Below are positions 19,879 to 30,400 of a stretch of DNA of 64,000 nt, in pieces; the first letter of the stretch is position 1; each line of letters opens with the position of its first letter. The stretch is from a virus. The translations under genes and the position numbers were made by a program. Below the pieces are notes generated by a model that saw only the letters and a list, made by a program, of their open reading frames with translations, searched no databases and was not told the DNA's origin. The DNA is taken from positions 1 through 64,000 of the IMG/VR virus record IMGVR_UViG_3300009094_000001; one strand, given 5' to 3'.

Positions 19879-20274
19879 ATGAAGTTATTCCACAAAAGCA
19901 AAGACGGGGGTCCAGAGTCCAACGTGACGGGCTACTGGCTTATCGAATGGAAATCGCTATTCAGCATTGCGCTGTTGCGGTTCAGCCACGGGACCCGGGA
20001 GTCCTTCCACAGCCACGCGTTCAACTGCGCGTCCTGGCTGTTGTCGGGACAACTCAACGAGGAATTCAAAAACGGCAACGGTCCGTATTTGATTCACAAG
20101 CCGGGATTCCGGCCAATCATTACGCGCCGGAATCATTTTCACCGCGTGTTCAGTGTGGGAACTTCGTGGGTCCTAACGTTTCGCGGACCGTGGTCAAAGA
20201 CGTGGAACGAGTTTGACCCGCGCACGAACAAAACAATCACCTTGGCCCAGGGGCGGAAAGTGCTGCCCTCCTAA
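19879..20274 (+). CDS. Cupin-like phage protein
   Basis: FHSHAF...G.L.E...FHRV. Confidence 0.6.
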   Translation: MKLFHKSKDGGPESNVTGYWLIEWKSLFSIALLRFSHGTRESFHSHAFNCASWLLSGQLNEEFKNGNGPYLIHKPGFRPIITRRNHFHRVFSVGTSWVLTFRGPWSKTWNEFDPRTNKTITLAQGRKVLPS

Positions 20275-20278
20275 ACTT

Positions 20279-20584
20279 ATGTGGACCCGCGAAACTGCAT
20301 TTCAATTCCTCGAACCGCTCGAAAAATTCCTCGCCGCGAACGGCTATCACTGCGCCCTCGGCGGCGGGGTGATGTATCGAGGTAATTCCGACAAAGACCT
20401 CGACGTTATTGTGTATCCTCACGACCGGGATAACTGCATCTTGGTGGACGTGCTTTGGGAGCGCCTGCACGGCTTTCTATCTCCGCTCAAGTCTTTCAAA
20501 TCCAAAGGAAGCTCCCGCGACAGCAAAGACGTTCGTGTGTTTTACGTATTTCAAGGGCGCATCGATTTCTTTTTCCTGAAATAA
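20279..20584 (+). CDS. Minimal Pol-beta-family nucleotidyltransferase
   Basis: ALGGGVMYRGNSDKDLDVIV followed by RIDFF. Confidence 0.7.
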   Translation: MWTRETAFQFLEPLEKFLAANGYHCALGGGVMYRGNSDKDLDVIVYPHDRDNCILVDVLWERLHGFLSPLKSFKSKGSSRDSKDVRVFYVFQGRIDFFFLK

Positions 20585-20612
20585 TCTCAGGAGCAAACCA
20601 ACCAACCACGAA

Positions 20613-21011
20613 ATGAACAAATACAAAACCCTACTGGCGCTGGCGTCCCTGCTGGCGGTTATTCCTCCGGTGCATGCCGGCGTGAAAGAAATCGGCTCCG
20701 TCAACGGGCTCCGCGTTGTCCGCATCAAGACGGCTGGCGTGTTCTGCCCTAGCACGACGACCATCGTGTGCTACGACCCGAACAAGCCGGGCACCATCGA
20801 AGGCGTCCTCAATTCAGCGGCAGGCCCCGGGTTCGTCCCGGCGGCTGCTAACGCAGGCGGTCTCGTCGGCGCAGCGGCGCTGTTGCGCCCGAACCACACG
20901 ACAGTCAACAACGACGGAGGAAATTCTTCCGCGAATTCGTCGGCTTCTGGTTCCGGCAGCTCCACCACGACCGGCGGAAGCTCTGGCTGGATTCCGCCCG
21001 GACATCGCTAA
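20613..21011 (+). CDS. Secreted/periplasmic hypothetical protein
   Basis: Sec signal peptide (LLALASLLAVIPPVHA); Gly/Ser-rich tail ending IPPGHR. Confidence 0.65.
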   Translation: MNKYKTLLALASLLAVIPPVHAGVKEIGSVNGLRVVRIKTAGVFCPSTTTIVCYDPNKPGTIEGVLNSAAGPGFVPAAANAGGLVGAAALLRPNHTTVNNDGGNSSANSSASGSGSSTTTGGSSGWIPPGHR

Positions 21012-21210
21012 AAGGCATTATGGACAATTTAACCGGCCCATTGACACTTCTTGTTTGCGTCCTAGCTTCCGCCATAATGGCACGCCTGTCGGTCCGTGAA
21101 ATGATTCGAGACGAGGTGGAAAAAGAAGCCCGGCTCACTAAAAACGGAGAGAAGGACTACGGTTCTTTGGCAGACTGGGGGCTCTAAAATTCACTTCGAC
21201 GGAGCGTGAA

Positions 21211-21235
21211 CGCCCCATGACGGGGCGATTTTTTT
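21211..21235 (+). terminator. Rho-independent terminator
   Basis: CGCCCC-ATGAC-GGGGCG followed by ATTTTTTT. Confidence 0.75.
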
Positions 21236-21237
21236 AC

Positions 21238-21265
21238 TTGACGGGGCGGTTTTCTGTAGTAAATT
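21238..21265 (+). promoter_or_regulatory. sigma70-like promoter for the ncRNA
   Basis: TTGACG-16-TAAATT immediately after the terminator. Confidence 0.6.
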
Positions 21266-21271
21266 GATGGC

Positions 21272-21495
21272 GTCGGGCAAGTATCAGAGATGCCGCGAGC
21301 CGTCCTCGGAAGAGTGACCTGAGACTGAGATGGGCGCTGCGAACCCCCGACTGTCGGTTCAAAGGCGCACATGCCGGGAAACGTTCCCGGAATTAGGATA
21401 GGATATCTACTTGCGCGTTTACGGCTGGAAGCCGTCGCGTCACGGAGGATTGGGAGATGCTATCGAGGGACGTGTGCCCCTTTGAGCCGACACCA
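21272..21495 (+). ncRNA. Unclassified about 224-nt structured RNA with 3' ACCA
   Basis: Lies in a gap with no + strand ORF and has its own promoter. Terminal stem GUCGG/CCGAC plus ACCA; nested long-range helices and several hairpins. Confidence 0.65.
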
Positions 21496-21509
21496 ACTAT
21501 AACAAAAAC

Positions 21510-21962
21510 ATGAGAACTGAACTTACTGACAAAGCCAGAGATTTCGCAGTGGAAGCCCACCGTGGACAATTTCGCAGAAACCGAACTACTCCCTATATTC
21601 TCCATCCAGCGCGCGTCGCAAAACACCTAGCTTCTAGGGGCGAGTCAGAAAACGTGGTTGCGGCAGCGTGGCTGCATGACGTTCTTGAAGACACACAGAC
21701 CACCGAGATTTTCCTTCGGTCCGCTGGTTTCCCGGACCGGGTTATTCAAGCCGTCGTTGCCCTTTCCAAACGCAAGGGCGAGAATTACGACGAATATTTG
21801 TCCCGGGTGATGTTTGATGCCATCGCCCGCAAGGTTAAAATCGCCGATATCCTTGACAACATCTCGGATTCCCCTACCCCCGGCCAGATTTCTCGCTACG
21901 CCAAAGCCCTGAACTTCCTCGTCAACCACCCCGGGGCCAAAAATTCACCGATTCCCGAATAA
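21510..21962 (+). CDS. RelA/SpoT-type HD hydrolase (small alarmone hydrolase/Mesh1-like)
   Basis: AHRGQFR...PYILHP...AAWLHDVLEDT...VKIADILDN. Confidence 0.9.
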   Translation: MRTELTDKARDFAVEAHRGQFRRNRTTPYILHPARVAKHLASRGESENVVAAAWLHDVLEDTQTTEIFLRSAGFPDRVIQAVVALSKRKGENYDEYLSRVMFDAIARKVKIADILDNISDSPTPGQISRYAKALNFLVNHPGAKNSPIPE

Positions 21963-21968
21963 AATTAC

Positions 21969-21997
21969 TTGACAGACCGCCCCGGACCGTGTAATTT
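21969..21997 (+). promoter_or_regulatory. sigma70-like promoter (probably leaderless)
   Basis: TTGACA-17-TAATTT; ATG 22004 follows 6 nt later. Confidence 0.65.
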
Positions 21998-22003
21998 AAC
22001 GCC

Positions 22004-22914
22004 ATGAGCAAAACGAATCTCGTGGCAATTGAGGGAAATACTTACAGAGTCAGGGAACAACTCAAGGCACTCGGCGCGCGTTGGAACGGCGCAAACCGGT
22101 GCTGGATGATTTCGGCCGAGCGCGCGGACGAAGCCCGGGCTATCGTCATCGGCAAACCCGAACCCAAGCCGGCTGTCCAAAAGGCGGACACTAACTGGTC
22201 CGACGAACAGAAGGCGATTTTCGCGTGGTTTGCCTCGGGGACCGGCAATCTTATCGTGCAGGCGTATGCTGGCACCGGCAAAACCACCACCATCAAGGAG
22301 GCTTTCACGCACGCGCCCGAGGAGGGCCGGCTGCTTTACGCGGTGTTCAACAAGAAGAACCAGCGCGAGGCGCAGGAGAAAATCACAGACCCCCGCGTGG
22401 ATGTTCGCACGCTGCACTCCCTCGGGTATTTCTTCATCAAGAACGTCTGGCGCGACGCGAAGCCGGATGACTTCGTGGAAACGGACCGCCTCGTCGCCAT
22501 TGACCCGACCCTGCCCGAGGAGGTTTCCTCGCAGGTGCTCAAGCTCGTCGGATTCTGCAAAAACCTCACGACCGGGATTCCTGAACTGAACGCCGTCCTC
22601 GAAATTGCCGACGCGCGCAACATCTCCGTGCCCGATGACATGGAGCGCGATTTTCCCCCGGCCCGAGTTGCGTCCCTCGCGATTGAAGTGCTCAAGCAAT
22701 CGCTGATTAAGGACCGCTCTGGCCGGGTTTCTTTCAACGACATGGTGTGGTTGCCCGTCGCCGCCGGCTGGGTGAAGCCGACCTTTTCGCTCGTGGTGGT
22801 TGACGAGGCCCAAGACATGAACATGCCCCAGCTCATGATGGCGGAGCGCGCGTGTAAACGACGAGGGCCAAAAAGGTGCTCGTCCGCGCGTGCGGAAAGG
22901 CGGGTGCAGAATGA
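22004..22914 (+). pseudogene. UvrD/Rep-like SF1 helicase with internal deletion and frameshift
   Basis: Motif I AYAGTGKT, TLHS and motif II VVDEAQD are present; motifs III-V are absent. The motif VI remnant TTRAKKVLV..GAE* is in another frame at 22858-22914. Confidence 0.75.
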
Positions 22915-23180
22915 GAAATATCGACATTGCGAAAACCTACATCAAGCACGGAGAAGACTGGTTCTTCGTGTCCACCATCAATCGGGAGTCCTCTGCGGCG
23001 ATTATTCCGTCATCGTGGTATGCCGAAACGATTGTTTGGAGCACCAATGTTGCCGGGGAGAGGCAGGAACTTCTTTGGCAGGGCGACGCCTATTTCGACA
23101 GCATCAAGACTCACCAGCGCGTTGTCGAGGCGCTACACGCTAAGGGTGCGGAGGGACTTAAAGGACCGGACGACGAATGA
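22911..23180 (+). CDS. Hypothetical protein
   Basis: ATGA overlaps on both sides; FFVST...YAETIVW...H. Confidence 0.65.
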   Translation: MRNIDIAKTYIKHGEDWFFVSTINRESSAAIIPSSWYAETIVWSTNVAGERQELLWQGDAYFDSIKTHQRVVEALHAKGAEGLKGPDDE

Positions 23181-23374
23181 AAACCCCTGCTCACAACCAC
23201 CAGTTTGAAGTGGTGTGGCGAGGTCGCTGGTATCGACTGGGGTCTTTTTCAGACCACATCAGGCACAAAGTTGACCCAACCGGACCGGTGCGGATACTTT
23301 TCGACAAGTTATATAATCGGACTCTCGCGCCGGCTAAAGAAATCCACATTCCCTCAAACCCATTACCAAGATGA
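23177..23374 (+). CDS. Hypothetical protein
   Basis: Coupled small ORF. Confidence 0.5.
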   Translation: MKTPAHNHQFEVVWRGRWYRLGSFSDHIRHKVDPTGPVRILFDKLYNRTLAPAKEIHIPSNPLPR

Positions 23375-23571
23375 CTAAGAAAGCTCTTATCTCCCGTCTC
23401 GAAACGTTGCAAGGTGATTATCGGAAGCGAAGTCGGGAGTATTCCCGCGAAGCCGTTTTTCAACGAAAAACCTCACACCCGTTCGAGGCGAACCGGTATG
23501 AAGGAGTCGCGATGGCGAGCCGGTGGGTCGCCGAGGATTTGGAAGAACTCCTCGACTCGGTTAGAGGATAG
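23371..23571 (+). CDS. Hypothetical protein
   Basis: Coupled small ORF; last gene of the + arm. Confidence 0.55.
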   Translation: MTKKALISRLETLQGDYRKRSREYSREAVFQRKTSHPFEANRYEGVAMASRWVAEDLEELLDSVRG

Positions 23572-23731
23572 TCCGGCTCGGGTCGTTCGGCACCTTGTCG
23601 TTCGCGCGGTCGAGGGCCTTCTGGCGCTCCGCCTCTTCATCGATGGCGTAGTTGAAGGGAGACGACGGCGCGGGATTCGGATGAACGGCTGTCGGAGTTT
23701 CGGGCTGGAGTTTGTTGTTTCGTTCTGGCAT
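23561..23731 (-). CDS. Hypothetical protein (56 aa)
   Basis: Read manually: MPERNNKLQPETPTAV...SRTIL; starts 3 nt after the upstream stop. Confidence 0.5.
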   Translation of the reverse strand: MPERNNKLQPETPTAVHPNPAPSSPFNYAIDEEAERQKALDRANDKVPNDPSRTIL

Positions 23732-23734
23732 AGG

Positions 23735-24307
23735 TCAAATAACGTTTTTTAATACGGAGTTCAAGATTCTCCCGCTGCCGGGAACTGCGCCCGAAGTAGG
23801 GGAACCAATCTGCAAGTTTGCCGCCCGCTTCGTCGCGAGGGATTTCTGTGCCGCACTCGACGGAGGGCTGCCGGCAGCAACTGGAGCGCCGGGCAAAGTA
23901 GACGGCGGCTGGCCGGAAATCGCACTCTCCGCGCCCTGTTTCACCGCATCGTATTTCGGGATATCCTTCGTCAGCGTTCCGGCCTTGTCGCGTTTCTTCA
24001 ACTCGTCTTGGGCCACGAATGCCGAATTATACAACACTGTGGTTTTCCCGTCGGTGCTCTTGTAGAATCCAATCCCAGACTCCTCAAGCGGCTTGACGTT
24101 CTGCACCACGACCTGAATCTCCGGGTCCTTACGCCCGGTTTCCGCCCAGACGGCCGGCGGCGCGCCGTTCAGGATTCCCAGCATGACGGGTAATTCCAAG
24201 ACCGCGTCAGGGATTCCGGCGGTTGATTCTGAGTTCGCGGGGGGCTCCTGCGGAGAGGCGAGGATATCGGTCTCGGTCGGCAGGGAGTTGTTAACGGGTT
24301 CGGCCAT
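23735..24307 (-). CDS. Hypothetical (probable virion) protein
   Basis: 190-aa ORF in the virion operon. Confidence 0.7.
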   Translation of the reverse strand: MAEPVNNSLPTETDILASPQEPPANSESTAGIPDAVLELPVMLGILNGAPPAVWAETGRKDPEIQVVVQNVKPLEESGIGFYKSTDGKTTVLYNSAFVAQDELKKRDKAGTLTKDIPKYDAVKQGAESAISGQPPSTLPGAPVAAGSPPSSAAQKSLATKRAANLQIGSPTSGAVPGSGRILNSVLKNVI

Positions 24308-24310
24308 ACA

Positions 24311-24466
24311 TTAAGGTCCAGTTTTTTGCTCGCCGGTCAAGGAAAGCGTTTCGTCCTCTTGCGGGTCGGCTGGCGGAAGTATCGCCCGCGCGCCCGAGAG
24401 TAAGAGTTCCATTTCCTCGGGGGATAGCCCGAGGTCTTCGAGTTCAATTGCCTTTTTCGGGGACAT
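24311..24466 (-). CDS. Small acidic hypothetical protein
   Basis: MSPKKAIELEDLGLSPEE...; fills the gap between genes. Confidence 0.45.
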   Translation of the reverse strand: MSPKKAIELEDLGLSPEEMELLLSGARAILPPADPQEDETLSLTGEQKTGP

Positions 24467-27400
24467 AAGAGGTCTCCTGTTTGAAAGTGATTCGTTGGTT
24501 GCCCGGGGAGTCTGCCGGCACGATGCGCGCGTCGGTGAATCCCTCGGATTCGATGAAAGATTGTGCTTCCGCCCGGGTATCAAAAATAGCCGGCTTCGTC
24601 CCGCCGATGAATTCGGTAGCCCAATAGCCCCTCGTCGTGGGGCCGATTCGAGACGGGCGCTCCACGCGAACACGAGCGCGCGGTTGTATTTCTCCCGGCA
24701 AAAATTGCGTTAACTTTTTCACACCAGCAATTTCGCCCGTTTTCGGCGCAACCGCAACTTTTTTCTTTTGGATTTTCGGCTCCTCTTTTAGCTGGAATTT
24801 CCCCGGGCCGACCTTCTCCGTTTTGGCGAAGAACGTGTTGAAATCCGACTTCTCGGCCGCAGCGACGTTCTCTCCTTTCAGCCAGCCCTGTTTTTGCCAG
24901 TGGTCCTTTTCCGCGAACCACAAAATTGCTTGCAGCGCATCCGGCTGGATTCCCACCTTTTCGGCGGCATGACGAAAAGCCTTCTGGCCGAACTCAAAAT
25001 CGGCGTCAGTAACACCGGTCTCGCTCTCGGGGAGAATTCTCCATCGCTTGCCGGGTTGCTCTGCGCCCATGCGATGTAACGCACGAGCTGCCCAGATATC
25101 AATCGTCGCCTCGAACGTGTCGCCGGTAAGGTTGCCCATGAAGTTCGGAGTCTTCGGTCCGACAACTTCCTCAAGCCAGCTACCGTCGAGAACACGCAGC
25201 AAAGGCTTACTGTGCATGCCGTATCGTAGCGGCTTGCCCTCGGGATTTTTCTCCGAACGATAGGGGGTCAGCTCATTCTTCTCAATCCACCAGTTCAGGA
25301 AATGTCCGCGAGTTGCCTGCTTGACTTTCGGCCCGGTTAATTTCTTGCCCGTGTCGTCGAGATATTCTTGAATATCGCCAGTTGCCCACTTCTGTTTCCC
25401 CTCGCGATATTTTTTGAGGATATCATCGAACGCACCCGCCTTGAACTGATTGTAGGCGTCGAGTGCGTATTTGAAATTCTGTTTTACATCCGTCTGCGGA
25501 GACGTTGCGCCGAGCAGCTCCGCAAAAAGCTTGCTGTCGTCGCCGAAAAGTTCCACCAGTTTTTTGCGCGCGAGCGAATACCACGTAACGCCGGACGAGA
25601 TTTCCGGGATATCCTTGATGCTGTTGTAATACTCCGCCAGCTTGTCGCCAAGCGCGGTAGCAGCCGCTTCGGTTGCCGCCTTACCTTCTTTTCCCTTGGA
25701 CGCTTGCTTCGCTAGCTGTGTATCCGCAAAGTTGTAAACCTCAAGCTGACGACCGAGCTGCCCGCCATAAACAACCTTCGGCGAGCCGTCGTCGTTATAC
25801 ACGAACTGCGGAATTTTCGCCTCGGGGAATTTGATTTCCGCGTTGTCTTGGACTTCCTTGATGAAGGCTTTTTGTTCCTTCGGCGTCATTTCTGCAACCG
25901 GCAGGAACGCCCCTCGCAAAGACTCAACCCCCTCAGAAATTTTCCCTGCACGTTCGGCACCCTCCACGTCGAACAAACTCGTGCGGAACGAATCCACGAC
26001 TTGTCCCTTGTCATTCAGCAGTGAAACCGAAAGCCGGTCGATGCTGTCCTCTTGGTCTAGGAGTTGGTCAAGGATAGCTTTGCGCTGTTTCCCCCAGTGC
26101 TTCGCATTCACCTCGACGTGCGCTTCTCCCGTGCCCGACTCGTAACGGATGCGCGAAAACCCGGCGTTGAGTGCCGCTAGGCGTTCCTCCACGTCAGGGC
26201 TATCAGAAAACTTCGTGCCGAATTTCTTGTTGAGGTTCGTCGAGTTCTCGGCGAGGTATTGTTCGTGATACGATTGCGACAGCGGGACAAATTCCTTGTT
26301 CGGCAGCACCCATCCAGTGAGCTTCGTTTCCGTTTTCTTGGGTTCAACGTTGTATTTCGAGAAGTCCACCTTCTCCAAATCCCGCTTCGGCTTGCGCGGG
26401 AGGAACTCCGGCTCTTGACCGGGGATGTTCGGCTTTTCGATAATAACTTCCCCGTCGTAAGTAACCGACTTGTTAGCGCGAAACGCGATATCCTCGGCTG
26501 TCTGTCGTGCGATTCGACTCAGCTCCGCCGTTCCGTTTAGGTAGACCTTGTTGAGAGTATCATTCACTCCTCGAATCCAGCCGGAGGATTCCATCTGGTC
26601 GTAAATCTGGGCGGCATCCGAACCGGAAGGAACTCCGCCTAGGTCGCGCGCAGCTTCGACATGTCCTTCGGGGGCGAGCAACACCTTGCCGGTTTCTGCG
26701 TTCAGCCAAAATTGCGGCGTCGTTCCTTTCGTTCGGATGAAATCTGCACTCATCGCAGAGATTCGTCCCTGTTCAGGGGTTTCCAGATACCGAGGAAGTT
26801 CTTCCACCGGCTCTGCTTTCCTGCGAGGCAAAAACTCCACGCCCTCGCTGGGGAACGGCGGCTTGTAATCCGGGTTTACGTATTTCCGAATCATCCCCGT
26901 CTTGCCGCCCTCTCCGGTCGCTGCCTCGATTGCCTCTTGGAAGAACTGGGCCTTGATGGAGCTGGCCCCGGCTGCGTCTATATCTCCCTTCGCGATGTCC
27001 TCTTTGAAGGTTGCGCGCTGCTCTCTTGCAAGCTCTCGGAGAGTTTCAATATCAGCGAGAGATTTAACATTCTCCCCGATTTCATATGCCTTAAGAGTGA
27101 GGCTTTTTCCCCACTCTTTAATTTTGGCTTGAAACCCCGGCACGTCGAGGTTTCGTAAGTCGTCCCCGATTTGTTGAATTGACTGTTCATTGGGTAAAAA
27201 TCCGCCGCGAATCACGTCCGTAACCGGGGCTTTGAAATTCAGGTCCGTCCTAGGCTTCACGCTCGCGATATCTTTCGCGCGGATACGCTCCGTCACGTCG
27301 AGAAGTTCTCGCACGCTGACTCCCCGCGCGGACAGCTCGTTTCGCAGCGGGTTGACCTCTTTGAGGGACCGGCCCGGAAAAGATTTGAAAGCCTGCTTGC

Positions 27401-30400
27401 CGACGTTGCGCGGCTTGATAACGGACGGCGTTAACAGTTCGCGCTTGTTCAGCTCCGCGAGAATCTGGCCCTTGACGTTGCCGGGAGTCTTCCCGCGAAT
27501 TTCGCGCGCGGTCTCCGGCGTTGCGAGTCCCTGCACGAGGTTCGCGAAGTTCGCGACCTCCGGCGTTAGCTGCGTCGGAACGTAATCCTTATTCTCGGCC
27601 GGAATGGAAAGCTCGCCCTCCGTCGGCCGGGTCAACCGTTGCCCATCACCGCGAAAACCGTTTGCTTGATTTTCGGTATACGCCTGCACATCTGCCAAAG
27701 CTTTTCGCCACGCGGCGTCGGTCAGCTTGCCGTTGACGACCTCGTAAGGTAAAAGCGACTCCGCTTTCTTTTCGGACGCGAGTTTCGCAATCTGGTGGAG
27801 GTTTGAAATCACCTTGTCGGACGACATGGCGATAAGAGTCGGGGTGCCGCCCTGCTCTGTCCACCGCACTGGCACAAAGGTTTTCTGGTGAAGGTTGACG
27901 ATGTCTGCCGGGGCGTTAGCCCGATTTTCGACGCGTAATCGTTCCAGCTCCGCGTATCCGGCGGCTTGCGCGCCGCGCCGGGGCGTGCGGCCTGTCGGTG
28001 CTGCCGGGGTGCCTGTATCCGCAATCCCGAGATGCTCGATTTCGAGGACCGGGTTGCCAGCTTCCATCTGGGCGGAGATAGCGTTTACACGCTCAGTGAC
28101 GGTCGGGTCGGCGTCCTTGGCAGCGAGTGCCTTGGCTTCCGTAACGCCCGTTTCTGCCGCGCGCTGCGCTAGGGCGTCCTGCTGGGCCTTGGTGACGCGT
28201 ATATTGCGCGCTGGCGGAGCCGGGGCGGCGCTGGGGGGCGTTGGAGCGGCGGGAGCGGCTGCCGGCGGCGTGGGGGCGGCGGGCTGCGATTCTGGGGCAT
28301 TGGCTAACAGCTCCCGAGCAGCACCTTCAAACTGAGCCCGTAATTTCTGGGTCAACGGCACGTTCAGGTCAGGGCTGGTGCGCCCTTGTGTCACGTCCGC
28401 GCCGAGGACTTCCCCCACCTGCGCGAGGACGCTTCCGACGGAGCGTAGGAATCCCGCCGGGGCCTTAAGCTGGCTCACCGGCACGTTGTTGAACACCGCG
28501 TTGAAATTCTCGGCAATCAGCTCGTCAATGAACTTGGCTTCCGAAATCGGGCTGCCAAGTCGAGATTCGTATTGCGCCTTGAGCTGCGCGAGCTGGTCCG
28601 GTGCATAGTTCGCGCGCACGGATTCCGCGAGCGCGTTTTTCGTCTGGTCCGGGAGCAGCGCATACGTGAGGTGCCCGGACTCGTGCCAGAGAGCGTTGGA
28701 ATCTGCATTCAGCAGGACCACCTTGCGCCCGTCCGGCCGTTCAAAATCGAAATAGCCTTGGGCGTCAATTTTCCCTTGGATGCCCGCGAGTTCGTCGGCT
28801 GTTGGGGTTCGCCCGAGCTGCTCCGTTAGCTGCCCAATGATTTGGTTTGCAAAGGTCGTCTTGTCTACCGAGTAAATCTCACCGCCGAGCGGGCGAAAAA
28901 TCTCCCGGGCGGTAGTCACATCTCCCTGCTCGTTGACGGAGCGCTTTACTAAGTTGGCCTTGTGCGCGGCGTCGAGAGTTGCATCGACACCGTAGTCAGG
29001 GCTGTTGACCGGCTCGAACTTCGTCGAGTGCGGGTCGAAAAAGGTTTTCGCCGCCAGCTCTCCGCCGACGCGCGCGACTCCGTGAACCCCGCCGCCGACT
29101 GCGCCGAGCCCGAGACCGCCGCCGAGAATTGCGCCGGCCTGTTCCGAGCCTTCCGCTGCGGCTGCAAGAGGCAAAGACACCCCTGCGCCGATAGCTGCGC
29201 CCTTGAGCGGGCTGGTGAACAACGGGGCCGCAAGCCGCGTTCCTTCGACAATACTGGCGAGCGCAGGGGACAGCGGGGCCTTGCCCGAGACTTGCTGCCC
29301 AAAATTCTGGATTGCCTCGCCGGCCCGAGCGAGTTTCGGCGCGAGACGTTCGCCCGCATAAATTCCGGCAATCGTGCCGAAGGGCCCGCCCTTGACGGTT
29401 CCCACCACCGCGCCGGTTGTCGGGGCAGTTTTCCCCGCGAGCGAAACTGCCCTGCCTGCGACTTCAATCGGCTTGCCGACGACCGCTCGCGCCGACGGGA
29501 GAGATTCAAGCACGGGCTTGATTGCAGTCCCAAGTTTGTCCGCTAGTTTGATTCCGGCTTGCACGGACGGAACCGTGGCGAGGACCTTCCCGCCCTTGCC
29601 GATGAGATTGAATCCAAGCTTGCCGACGCCGCCGGTAGCGACAAGCGTCAAAGGGTCCACCAGAGACATGTTCTCGATGGCACTGGGGTCGAGGGTGATT
29701 CCCTCCTTCGCGAGTTCGTCCGCGTCGAGTCCGACGCCGCGCAGCAATTCGCCCCGGCCTTCGGTAGTTTCCCGAAGCTTGGTTTGAAAAGCTGCATCGG
29801 TGGAAAGCTCTTGTAGCAACTCTTGGTCGGTTTGTTCCTCTACGGACTTCCCGAAAATTTTCCTCGCCCCGGCCCTTGCGAGGTCTGCGATTCCAGTAGC
29901 CGAAGTTTCAGTTGCGGCAAGTGCCTTGGCTTGGGCCTCGGTGGATTGCCGGAGCCCTTCCGTCTGCAACTCCCGTTTCACCTGCGGGGATTCAAAAGAC
30001 CCGAGAATAGTATTCGCGAGGTCCTGCAATCCCGTTAACACAAAAAGATTTGAGGCGGTCTGATACGCGCCTTGGGCGAACTTTCCGACTGTTGGGATGG
30101 CGGACTTAGCCGCCGCCTTTAATGTTTCGCCGACTTGAATTCCCTCCGCGCGACGGGAGCGGTAAGCCGCTAGAAGTTTTCGTAGACTCTCTGGGTTGCT
30201 AGCAATGTTGGGATTGCTCGCAAAAAAGTCTGTGGGGTTGAACTCTTTGTCGGCGGCGAGTTCTTCTGGGGTTTTAGTGGCGATGTCCTCGGTCGAAAAT
30301 AACTTCGTAAAAGGCTGATTCGCATTGAAGGCGGCTCTGGGAGTTCCTGACGACGTTGTCGCGTCGGGAATCACCTCGAAAGGTTGGTCGGGATTAAACG

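Noticed and set aside
21272-21495. tmRNA, RNase P, SRP or SAM-I identity for the ncRNA
   Set aside because: No GGGG alanine acceptor or T-arm, no GAGGAAAGUCC, and no recognisable SRP or SAM-I core.
22004-23143. 379-aa full-length helicase ORF from the track
   Set aside because: The tail after about 22860 is out-of-frame read-through over the real motif VI and the next gene.
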